A stretch of DNA of 63,716 nucleotides, the filler included, from Octopus bimaculoides (taxonomy: Eukaryota): NCBI RefSeq assembly GCF_001194135.2. It is 5 parts of 5 records of this genome, joined end to end, with 100 filler letters (N's around TTAATTAATTAA, not from the genome) between each part and the next. Parts side by side here need not be neighbours in the genome. Positions count along the whole stretch, not along the records: positions 11,241 to 42,580 come from NC_068988.1; 4 more parts are not named here. One strand, given 5' to 3'. The notes beneath the pieces are model-generated. The model saw nothing but the letters and a program-made list of their open reading frames with translations. It was not told where the DNA came from and searched no databases. The translations under genes were made by a program, and so were the position numbers. Position 1 is the first letter of the stretch. Every line of letters begins with the position of its first letter. Of the stretch, positions 12,967 to 24,730 are shown piece by piece.

Positions 12967-13314
12967 CAGTGGTTCTCAGGGTCCGTATGGCCCCTCAGGG
13001 TCCATATATGATTTTTGGTGGGATCCACGTGACAAAATGATAAATTGGGGATCCTCAATTGTATTTTAAGGACCCTTGGAAAAATTTTGCTTTAGATGTA
13101 TGCATTGGTATGTATTGCAAGAAACAGCTAGGGTTCTTTCTCTAACATTTTATATAGTTCAACATACACAATGTGTGAAAAAACAAAATAGGAATTTTGA
13201 AAGAAGCATCTATAAAGCCAGATTTTAAACATCGAATTGGCTATGGGGGTTCACCAGGATAAAATTGTAATCAAAGGGGTTCATAGATAAGAAAAAAATG
13301 GTTCAGAACCCCTA
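12967..13314. mobile_element. hAT/Charlie-like non-autonomous element
   Basis: Starts CAGTGGTTCTCA and ends GGTTCAGAACCCCTA. Interior is similar to the copies at 37141-37406 and 59185-59281. No clear TSD. Confidence 0.55.
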
Positions 13315-13355
13315 CTCTAACTACTAGGCCTCAAACCTTCAGGGGCTGAGCTCAG

Positions 13356-14246
13356 AATACACAAGATCAACTCTAGAAGGATAAATAGCAAAGTTGACCT
13401 CAGCAGGATTTGAACTCAGAATATAAAGAGCCAGGAGATATACTATAAAGCTTTTTGTTGGTTGTGCCATTCATCCTCCACTTCCTCATAATCCTTTCTA
13501 CTAAAAGCACAAGGCCTGAAATTTTGGAAGAGGGGACGAGTCAATTACATCGACCCCAGTGTTCAACTGGTACTTAGTTTATTGACCCTGCAAGGATAAA
13601 AAGCAAAGTCGACTTCGGCATACAAAGCATTTTGCCCAGCATGCCAGCTCACTGCCTTTCTACTTCCTAATAATAATAATAATAATTGTTTCTATTATAG
13701 GCACAAGGCCTGAAATCATAAGGGAGGGGCTAGTCGATTACATCAATCCCCACCCTGTGCTCAACCTCAAATGGATGAAAGACAATGTCGACCTCAGAGG
13801 AATTTGATAATAATTAAAATAATAATAAGGACAATTTCAAATTTTGGCACAAGGCTGGCAATTTTGGGAGAGGGGATAAGTAGATTACATTAACCTCAGT
13901 GCTCAACTGGTACTTATTTAAGTGACCCCGAAAGGATGAAATGCAAAGTCAACCTTGATGGAATTTGGACTCAGAACATAGAGAGAGAGATGAAAAGGTG
14001 CTAAGCATTTTGCCCAGCATGCTAATGATTCTGCCAGCTCGTCACCTTAATAATCCTTTTTACTATAGGCACAAGGCCTGGAATTTGTGGGGATAGTTAA
14101 TTACATTGACCCCAGTACTTGACTGGTACTAAATTTATGAAAGGCAAAGTCGACCTTGGCAGAATTTGAACTCAGAATGTAGCAGCAGACGAAATACCGC
14201 TCAGAATTTCACCCAGCGTGCTCACGATTCTGCCAGCTCCACCACC

Positions 14247-14297
<51 letters not shown>

Positions 14298-14443
14298 TGA
14301 TCCTTTTTTCTATAGGCACAAGGCCTGAAATTTGGGGGAGGGGGATTATCAATTACATTGACCCCAGTACATCGACTCCTTAGAGGATGAAAGATAACGG
14401 TGTACTCAGCAGAATTTGAACTTAGAACTAAAAGACAAATGAA
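13356..14443 (-). mobile_element. Head-to-tail cluster of about six family-A SINE copies
   Basis: Repeated gcacaaggcc...attacat(c/t)gaccccag...ctggtact...gaaaggcaaagtcgacc...gaatttgaactcaga blocks, mostly separated by (TAA)n; runs into an N gap. Confidence 0.8.
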
Positions 14444-15263
14444 NNNNNNNNNNNNNNNNNNNNNNNNNNNNNNNNNNNNNNNNNNNNNNNNNNNNNNNNN
14501 NNNNNNNNNNNNNNNNNNNNNNNNNNNNNNNNNNNNNNNNNNNNNNNNNNNNNNNNNNNNNNNNNNNNNNNNNNNNNNNNNNNNNNNNNNNNNNNNNNNN
14601 NNNNNNNNNNNNNNNNNNNNNNNNNNNNNNNNNNNNNNNNNNNNNNNNNNNNNNNNNNNNNNNNNNNNNNNNNNNNNNNNNNNNNNNNNNNNNNNNNNNN
14701 NNNNNNNNNNNNNNNNNNNNNNNNNNNNNNNNNNNNNNNNNNNNNNNNNNNNNNNNNNNNNNNNNNNNNNNNNNNNNNNNNNNNNNNNNNNNNNNNNNNN
14801 NNNNNNNNNNNNNNNNNNNNNNNNNNNNNNNNNNNNNNNNNNNNNNNNNNNNNNNNNNNNNNNNNNNNNNNNNNNNNNNNNNNNNNNNNNNNNNNNNNNN
14901 NNNNNNNNNNNNNNNNNNNNNNNNNNNNNNNNNNNNNNNNNNNNNNNNNNNNNNNNNNNNNNNNNNNNNNNNNNNNNNNNNNNNNNNNNNNNNNNNNNNN
15001 NNNNNNNNNNNNNNNNNNNNNNNNNNNNNNNNNNNNNNNNNNNNNNNNNNNNNNNNNNNNNNNNNNNAGCTAACAAATATATCATAATTTTTAGTTAAAT
15101 AATCAAAACTCATTTCTCTCTTTCTATCTCTCTCTCTCTCTCTCATTCTCTCTCTATCCCTCTATCTCTCTCCCTCCCTCCTCACACAAACACTGGCATA
15201 CACACATCCCTATTCTTTCTGTCTTTCTCTCTCCCTATATATGTGTGTATGTATGTATGTGAA

Positions 15264-15315
<52 letters not shown>

Positions 15316-15972
15316 TGTGTATATGTGAGTGAAAGTGTATATATATGTGTGTGTGTGTGTATATACAAATATGTATGTATGTGTGTGCATGTATATATAT
15401 ACATATATATATATACACACACACACACTTACACACACAAACACACACATGTACAAGGAGCAATAAAGACATATAATGGGCCAAGAGACATATGTATAAA
15501 AGCTAATATACACCCAAATTATAAGCAGCAATATATATACATTTATAATGGACTATATAAATCTTAAACATACACACATATAAACACACATAATCATCAA
15601 TCCTCAAATATTGTGTACACATGCACACACTCACAGAGAGCAATACACACACACTCACACCCACACACACACACACACACGTAGCATTGATTTCAGTCTA
15701 TTGCTATATCATACTTGCCTTCCTCTTCATCTTTACTCAGTCTAAGTTCCTCTCTCTCTACATATGTATATATATGTATGTATGCATGTGTGTACATGTG
15801 TATACATATGTGTATGTGTATATGTATATATATATATATGTGTGTGTGTGTACATGTATGTTTATGTATGTGTGAGTGTGTGTGTATGTGTGTATATATG
15901 TACATGTATGCGTGTATATTTGTATGTCTCTCTCTCTCTCTATATATATATATGTACATGTATGTGTGTATG

Positions 15973-16004
<32 letters not shown>

Positions 16005-16100
16005 TGCAAATGTATATTTGTGTGTGTATGTAGATGTATGTGTATATATATATATGTACATGTGTGTGTATTTGCATGTATGTCTGTATACATATGTACA

Positions 16101-16135
<35 letters not shown>

Positions 16136-16512
16136 TTATATACACACACCACATGTGAATGTACATTTGTGTGAGCATATGTATATACATGTATGTGTGT
16201 GTATATATGTATATGTATGTGTGTATGTGCGTGTGTATATTCAATGCTCCACTTGTGCCTTTAAATTGGGGTGGGGGGTGTTCTGTGTTTTTTTGTTTCA
16301 TTTTCTACTTAAAGTCATAGTCTGATTCAGACACACAGACATAGTCTCAACGTTTTATATCCACACACACACACACACGCATGCATATTATCATGCCAAT
16401 CACACAACATATATTCACACACAAGCCTATATATACACACACCAATATAACACCAGTCATCCAGAAACTCATGTATATGCATGCTTGCATCAATAGTACA
16501 CCACTCACACAA

Positions 16513-16569
<57 letters not shown>

Positions 16570-17299
16570 TCAGATATCAGACATGTTTACACCAAAGTAA
16601 TACCAGTCATCTACACACATGCTTACAACACTTCAGCAGTCACACACACTTCAGTAATCACATGGACACACACACACACACACAAACACATGCTTGCATC
16701 TTCATCTCAATCCTTGCATGTACACACACACATGCTCATACACACACATGCTCATACACACACATGCTCATACACACACATACTTGCACCAACATTCAAC
16801 CAATCGCATACAACACACAAACACGCACTTATATACGCACATGCTCGTATCAACACTACACCAATTACGCATCCTCACACAACACACATACAGATACACA
16901 TATACACACACATACATACACACATATCCAAGAATATAACAAAAATCACGCCCAGATTTCTACGCCCTCATAAACACACACACTCCAGTATTATGATAGC
17001 CATACACATATGCATACCCACGCGCACACACAGAAACAGATACCAAGTTAAGGAATGATAAACGTACACGAGACACACATAAAGACAAGTGAGTGAATCA
17101 ATAAGAAAGAATCAGACCATTCTTTTACAGTTCCTTACAAGAGAACACCCCCACCAGCTGCCTATTACAGACCCCACTCCGAAACACTTTGTTGTTTTGT
17201 TGTTCATTTTGTTCTGATTTTTGGAAATGGGGCTTTATAATTTGTTTTATCATTTCTGGTGATTTGCAACAGAAAACTGAGAATTTGGTAAAGATGAAA

Positions 17300-17332
<33 letters not shown>

Positions 17333-17784
17333 GAAAAAAGGGAATGTATATAGATTTTTAAAAAAAAACATAAAAGAGGAAAAGAAAGAGGACAAAAGGA
17401 AAAGAGGAGAGGGAGTGAGAAGAGGTGTGGGGAGAGGAAGAATTAGAAATTGAAAATTTTGTGAAACACCAAAACTAGATTAATAGGAAATGTCAAAACC
17501 AAAATGCAATGTTTGCGTGTGTGGATGTGGATATGTGTATGTAGATGTGTGTGTGTATGTGTAAGTTTATGCCTGGTTTATAAGTTAGATGTCGATATAT
17601 ATATATGTGTATATATATATATGCACATGTATGTGCGTGTGCATGTGTGTTGGTGTGTGTTTGCGTGAGAATTAAAATTTTGTATCTGCTTTGGACATTT
17701 TGTTAAAGCATTCTTGTGTTTATAAATGCATGTGTGTGTGTGTGTGTGTGTGTATGTGTGTGTGTGTGTGTACATATATTTATG

Positions 17785-17931
17785 CATGCATCACAATCAT
17801 GTGGTTTCAGGTTCAATCCTACTGCACAGCAAGTTGAGTGTCTTCTCTACTAAGGCCCCTGGTCAACCAATCCCATGTAAAGGAGTTTAATTGACAGAAA
17901 CTGCAACAAACCAGTTGTGTGTGTGTATATG

Positions 17932-17976
<45 letters not shown>

Positions 17977-18275
17977 ATGCATGTATGTGTGTTTGTGCAT
18001 ACACATGTGAGTGTCTGTGTGCACACGTGTGTGTATGTGTAGAAACTGAAAGTAGCCTGTCATATGTGTGTGTTACTGTCTCCATGCCTTGACATTGCAT
18101 CGTAGCCGTAAACAAGTGCCACCATCATACAAGCGTTGTCCTTCATTTCCAATCTTCTATGAAAACATGTCTGGCCTTTGGAGAAATATTACCTTACTTG
18201 GATACAGGTGAGGGTTGGCAACAGGAAGGACATCTGACTGTAGAAAATCTACCTCAACAAATTCATTCTAACCCA
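17785..18275 (+). mobile_element. Decayed family-D SINE pieces with RTE-like 3' tail
   Basis: ggttcaatcctactgc...gtgtcttctctacta at about 17810, and gggttggcaacaggaaggacatctgactgtagaaaatct at about 18210. Confidence 0.5.
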
Positions 18276-19726
18276 TAAAAAGCAAATAATTAACAAAGAT
18301 GTCCCAGAAGCACTACAGCCGTTTCAAGCAGCTCCATTTAATTAATCAATGCAAGCATTACATTAATTTGAAATAACCTGCTTTCCTCAGATGCATAAGA
18401 CCATATAGGTTTTCAACATACAGGATATTCCATAAAAATTTTTTAGCAAATTTTTCATCAGAACTTCAAGCTGTGTAGACAATACTAGACTGACTTGGTG
18501 CCTCAACTTAAATACCTAATTCAACTGAATCTTAATTATATATATATTCATTTATTCATTCATCCAATGAAATTTAAAGCCTTTAATTGTGTAACAAACA
18601 ACCAGTATTTAGAAATTTACAACTCTGTGTTTCCATTCAAGGTATTTCAATCAAGTAAGGTTACATATAAAATGTTACATGTAAAATGTTACATGTCTCT
18701 GATGATTTAACAATGAATTCTGGTTATATAATTTGCCTAGTCTAACTAATAATGAAACTTGTGTAAGATAGTTAAGCTAAATATCATATAGACAATCACT
18801 CATGTTTTGTTTATATTATGTATGTATTTGTGTGTTTATGTTTCTGCATAAGTGTTTGTTTACATTTTCCCTTTTCTGAGAATCTCTGAGCTACAAGGAG
18901 GAGTGATGTGGAATGAGAGGTCCCATATGGGGAAAATAGTTAAGAATTAGATCAGCAGACCTATCATCAGACAATTCAGCTAGGGACATCCTTTGAGTGA
19001 ATCCAATGTAAAGATGATGTGTGATTTGAGTCAGATTTGGATGCTGTGTTTAAGGAGTCAAACAATGGTACCTTGGAAATAAGTACCACAAAGTGGTAAG
19101 GTGGTACAGCTTAAAACTCTTGAACAGCTGAGCATCAATACTTGCACAGATGCAGTTTTATGATAATACTCACAGGAATTCTATAGAGTTAATCACTCAT
19201 CGATAAATCTGTCTGAATATGAAATGTCAAACAACTGTCAGTGTTGAGATCAATACAAATTGGTCAATGAGTTTAAAGATTATCTGTTGAATAGGCATAG
19301 CTGTTTGGTTCAGAAGGTCACTTCACAACTTAAATGGTTTTAGTTTCAATTTTACTGCGTGGCACCTTGGATAAATGTTTTCAGCCTTGGCCTTGAGTTA
19401 ACCAAATACTTGCATGTGACATTTGATAGACAGAAAGTGTAATACATCAGCCTGTCAAGCATCAAGACCTGGCCCTTGGGTGGTTTCTAAAAGAGTTTCA
19501 CTCTTTAGCAAACCTCTGGGTCAGATCTCCTGTCTGAGGATAACTTCCTCATTTCCACCTGCCAATCACAGAGACCCTAAAAAGGGTCATGTGCTTTTTT
19601 TTTTTTTTTTCAAAGCTATAATTTTTCTTTTGGGAATAGTGTCGTGTTGAATTTATACATACTTATATAACCCTCCCCACCACCACACACACATGCACGC
19701 ACTCTCTCACATACACACACATACAT

Positions 19727-19764
<38 letters not shown>

Positions 19765-19920
19765 ATATAAATACAGTTTTTTAAAATTTTACTTAGGTAT
19801 TCTGATGCTAATAACCTGGTGTAGAACTCAATATATATATATATATGCTTCTGAATGAAGTCTTGGTCAGGTACAGAGCAGTAATAACAGATGATAAAGA
19901 AATAACCAATTATAGTCCAT

Positions 19921-20140
19921 AAGGCAGCAATCTAGCAGAAACGTTAGCACGCTGGATGAAATGCTTACCACTATTTCGTCTGTCTTTACATTCTGAGTTC
20001 AAATTCAACCGAGGTTGACTTTGCCTTTCATCCTTTTGCGGTCGATAAATTAAGTACCAGTTGCATACTGGAGTACATCTAATCATCTGGTCCCCTCCCC
20101 AAAAATTTTGGACCTTGTGCCTAGAATAGAAAAGAATTAT
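19921..20140 (+). mobile_element. Family-A SINE
   Basis: tagcagaaacg (A box), gagttcaaattc (B box), gactttgcctttcatcc core, ccttgtgccta...aattat tail. Confidence 0.8.
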
Positions 20141-20559
20141 AGTTCATAAGATATTCAGTTATTCCTTTGTCATCTCTTATCACTACTGTATATGTATATA
20201 TATATATGTGTATATATGTGTGTATATATGTGTATAATAGATCAGGATTTAAGAGAATCAGGCATTTAAATGGTAAGGCACCAGGTTAGGTTGAAAAAAT
20301 ATGTACACAACAACAATAGAGGAATATATACATAAGTACCGAAGTACAAGCAGAAAGATATTCAGGTTATGTATATGATTAACTGTACCTGAGTGAGTAT
20401 ATCATAAGCCCTGAGGTCAATCAGGAAGCACACATTGCACTAAATACATGGTCCATAATATACTTTGGATCTATGCCAGGAGCAGGTTATTTATACATAT
20501 ATATATATGACATTAACATATGGTCTTGTATCTTTTCTGAATCATTCAGATAAGTAGCA

Positions 20560-20930
20560 GTAATATACCAGTTGTCAGTTGAAGGAAGAGGTATTGTTTT
20601 CAGTCATGTTTGTTTGTCTGTCCATGGACAAGATATCTCAAGAACCACAGGATGGATTCGAATGAAACTTTCAGGGATGTTCGGTCTCATGACTGGCATG
20701 AACTGGTTTGATTTTGGGATCAATCTGGTACTAGACAAGGATTCTGGATTATTTTTCCTGTTTTTTTCCTTAATTTTTGAGAGCGGTCGGGTTCATTTTT
20801 AGTATTCTCATTTGTGAGAGCAGTTGAGTTTATTTCAGATACTCTCATTTTAAAAATCATCTCCGGCTAATCATTGAGAGGATGTTGGTGCTGCCTTGGT
20901 GGAGATTTGCACTCTCTGAGTACTCTTGTT
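20560..20930 (+). mobile_element. Helitron/Helentron-like non-autonomous element (DINE/HINE-type) relic
   Basis: gtttgtttgtctgtc microsatellite, ggatggattcgaatgaaactttcagg motif and 3' end ccttggtggagatttgcactctctgagtactcttgtt resemble such elements. Family assigned from recollection only. Confidence 0.5.
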
Positions 20931-21001
20931 ATTTTTGTTGTTGTTGTTGTTGTTTCTCCTATGATATTCTTGTAACAATCATCCATTCTCTCTATTTTCA
21001 G

Positions 21002-21050
21002 ATGAACCGTCCAATACAAGTCAAACCTGCTGATAGTGAGAGTAGGGCAG
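21002..21050 (+). CDS. CELF4: 49-nt internal coding exon of a CELF3-6/Bruno-3/UNC-75-subfamily RNA-binding protein (end of RRM1 and RRM1-RRM2 linker)
   Basis: Translates to MNRPIQVKPADSESRA+G, matching the motif MNRPIQVKPADSESRG that I recognise from CELF4-type proteins. Acceptor ccattctctctattttcAG (AG 21000-21001) and donor GTcagt (21051); phase 0 in, phase 1 out. The symbol denotes the subfamily; 1:1 orthology cannot be set from 16 codons. Confidence 0.9.
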
Positions 21051-21840
21051 GTCAGTCTCACTTTTCTCTTTCTATTTTACACATTCATTGTCAACTTTTT
21101 TTTTTATAAAATATAAAACTGAAGTGAATGATTGACAGACACAATACATGATTTGAAGTCATCTATTTTTAAAAAGTCAATTGTAACTTTGAAGTTTTCT
21201 GCTATGGAAGAAAGACTTATGAAACACCACCAGTTTGATAAGCCTTTCTCAGCAAACCTTTGAAATCACAGTGAGCATTTGTAATACACCACACACAAAC
21301 ATTGTCACAAAAAACAATCAAATTCATCATTCTTGATAAATGCTTTAACTGTAAGCGCATGTTAAGAAAACAAAAAAGAATTTTAAGCATCTTTTTCCTT
21401 AATTTCACGTTTTTGTTTGATCTTGCTTTGAATTACGGTGAAATGATTATTTCCCTTGTAATAACTGTGACTGTTAGAGGGACGGCATGTTTTTTTATTT
21501 AAAATGTCTTTAATGGTCCAAACCATTACAATAACAAGTAAAAGCTAAAATATTAGCTACATTAAGATATTGTTACCATCTGCTTAATACCTAACTTCAC
21601 TAGTGACACTTCAATGGGAGGTTTTTCTGTCTCACCATGTATATATATAGTTTTATGTGTATTTACTGTTTGAAGATATATAAGAGGTATACTTTTCTTC
21701 CAAAAAATGTATTTCAACAAATCACCCAAGTTGGTCCTGTTATAATTTTGTTCCTGGTGTTGAATATGCTCTGCTGAAATTAGAGTTGGTCTAATATGCT
21801 CATGTGTCTTTTATGTCATCAAATATGGGATGAATGTGTG

Positions 21841-21880
<40 letters not shown>

Positions 21881-23415
21881 AAATATGGGAGTTTAGTTCA
21901 CAGGTGATCTAAATGACTAGGTATGCTGGGTAAGTGCTGTAATGGATTACCAGGGCTCCAAGCTCCTAGCCGAGACGGGAGTTAGGGAAACATTGTAGAT
22001 TTTGTCTTGCCTTAGCATTTGTTGTCCTCTTCAATTAATACATAAATATATATATATAAAGTCAATCTTTAATTGGTGGACCACTCAAGTAGAGCATCAG
22101 TTTCATTTAACGTGGAAATGGTTGACAGTAACTTTGAAGTTTCATTGCAACTCTTTATATATGTAACACTTAACTAATGAATAAAATCAAAGACACAATG
22201 TTTATATACTTATTTTATTTATAAAACAATTAACCGATAAATAAGTTTTTTTTTTTTTTGTTTTTTTCTATTTAGAGTGATATATGTGAGTCAACAGCTC
22301 AAGGAGCTTAGCAACTGTACTTTTATTCACTGCGACTGTAGATTCAAGTTCAGCCATTTGTACTTTCCTTAGGTATCAAAATAATGATGTAGTACAGTTT
22401 GTTTAAGATCTATGAAGCATCACCAACATAGTTTACCATAGCAGAATATATATCTTATAAATATTAATTATATTATTATTATTACTATTATTATTATTAT
22501 TATTATAAATAATATTTATATTACCTCTTTGATTTCATTCACTGTAGCAATAAGATATTTCTAAGTTTGTATGAATGATGTTATGATTCAGTATTGAAAG
22601 AACACAAATTCTGCTAAGATTTTTAATGCAAAAATATTCTCACCGTTTATAAAATAATGTTGTCGTTTCTACAAAGAACAAATAAATGATGTTTACATTA
22701 AGATAGTTTGAAGTGTGTGAGGTGTTGTTGGATCAGGTATAATAGCAGTCACCGTAGTGAGTTTCTTGAAGTTAGCTGGTTATGGTACATTACTGCTGCT
22801 ACCAAAGTCATTGTCATTGTTGTTCATTATCATAGCAGATAGCAGCAGAGAACTGTCCATCAAGCTGTCTGCTCTAGCTTCTACTCGTTAGTAGATAAAA
22901 TGTCCTAAATTCATAACCAGTGCTCTTGGTCAGAAAGAAGTGCACTGAGGATTTATTCCTGTTCCACCAGAAGTTTTGAATAGTTAATGTTTTGATGACA
23001 GTAATATTTCTGTGAATCATGTTTGTGTACTTAGTTGTTTTTTTGGCATTGAATACAGTAATTTGGGTTCAATTTCAAGGTGTTTTGCAACTACTAAATA
23101 CTCTTGCAACAGTGCCAATCCTACTGAAGGATGTGGTAATTGTTGCTCACATATGTTTGTTTTCTTGGTTTTAGTTGTTAGGTCTGAAGAAACGAGAAGC
23201 AATTAGAGTTTCTATAGGTCTTTTTTGATCTCTGACATAAGTCTACATGAATACCAACAACTAAAGGCTTTAAGAAATTCAGATTAGGGAAACAGAAGTT
23301 TAAACATTTTTTTTCCTTAATTTCAAATTTCTGTTAGATCTGGCTTTTAATTATAGTGAAATGATTATCTCCCTTGTAATAGTTGTGACTGTTAGAGGGA
23401 CCATGTGTTTATTAA

Positions 23416-23626
23416 CCCTTTTGTTACCATATTTATTTTGAGATGCTCTGTGTTTCTTTCAATTAATTTTAAATATAACAGGGAATTTAGTAAAATAACT
23501 TAGTTACCATTAAGCTGGTGTTAGGAGCGTAAATTGTGACTAAGGTTTGGTGGAAGATTTTAATTCAAAACTTATGAAAACAAGACATTTGTACTCAGAG
23601 CCAGAGCCGGGTTGGTATCAAAAGGA
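23416..23626. mobile_element. piggyBac-like MITE with TTAA target-site duplication, 211 bp
   Basis: TTAA (23412-23415) CCCTTTTGTTACC ... GGTATCAAAAGGA TTAA (23627-23630). An empty paralogous site is visible at 21499-21502. Confidence 0.72.
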
Positions 23627-23654
23627 TTAAAGATGTGTCTTTTAATAATCGCTT

Positions 23655-23778
23655 TTAAAAATAGACACAAAGCCTGGAATTTTGAGGGAGGAGAGTACTC
23701 AATTATATGGACCTAAGTACATGACTGGTACTTTATTTCATCAACCCTCGAAAGGACAAAAGGTGAACTTGGCGTCAG
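23655..23778 (-). mobile_element. Family-A SINE, 3' part, diverged
   Basis: acacaaagcctggaattt...ctggtacttt...cgaaaggacaaaaggtgaac matches the family-A reverse complement. Confidence 0.6.
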
Positions 23779-24475
23779 TGTGATTTAATGCAATTTTAGC
23801 TTGATTGTGAAGTTTACAAAATTTTTTATCATTCCATGACCAGAACATGTGGGATTGCTTGGACTGGTTTCAATTTTTTTGGGGATCTCATCAGAGAACA
23901 ACAGTCTTCCTCTGTCCATTGAGAGACAAATAACTTCTGAAAATGGTGTCAGAAGTGGTAGCAAGAATGGTATTGCTGTGATAGAAGTAGTGGTGTTAGT
24001 GGTAGTGGCAAATAGTGGTATGGTCATGGCAGTGCCTGTGGTGATAACAAGTAGTGGTACTGGTCGTAGTATTAGTGGTAGTAACAAATAATAGTATGGT
24101 TGTTGTCCCAGTGGTAGTAGTACTAGTAGTGGTGTTTGAGGTGGTAACAAGGAGTGGTATGGTTGGTGCACCAGAAGTGTAACATCAGGTGTGGTGATGA
24201 GAAGCAGTTTTGTTGTTAAAATAGAACAAGTAGTATAAGTGATGGTAACTAGTAGGTGGTGGTGGTAGTGTTGTGGTGACAAATACTGACTGTGGTAGTT
24301 ATTGTCTCATTTCAGTGTATTCAATATAAATTATTGATTATTGAGATAATTATGAATCAACCCCTTGTGTGACTGATATATATATATACATATATGAAAT
24401 GTGGTTTATAGTGATTACTGTATACACACATACATTACAGCTGTGCTTGTATAATGTGTGTGTATATATATATAT

Positions 24476-24650
24476 CATCATCATCATCATCATCGTTTAA
24501 CGTCCGCTTTCCATGCTAGCATGGGTTGGACGATTTGACTGAGGACTGGTGAAACCGGATGGCAACACCAGGCTCCAGTCTGATTTGGCAGAGTTTCTAC
24601 AGCTGGATGCCCTTCCTAACGCCAACCACTCAGAGAGTGTAGCCACTCAT
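24476..24650 (-). mobile_element. RTE-LINE-like 3' tail with (GAT)n end (family C); near-identical copies at 31662-31962 and 38863-39016, degenerate copy at about 37410-37537
   Basis: (cat)n-cgtttaacgtccgctttccatgctagcatgggttggacg...ggatgcccttcctaacgcca is almost identical in three places. The minus strand reads ggttggcgttaggaagggcatccag, an RTE-type tail (established repeat knowledge). Confidence 0.75.
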
Positions 24651-24697
24651 ATATATNNNNNNNNNNNNNNNNNNNNNNNNNNNNNNNNNNNNNNNNN

Positions 24698-24730
<33 letters not shown>

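Noticed and set aside
24538-24558. CTGAGGA-CTGGT-GAAAC in family-C repeats (three copies)
   Set aside because: The 5-nt insert cannot form stem II; it is part of an RTE-type tail.
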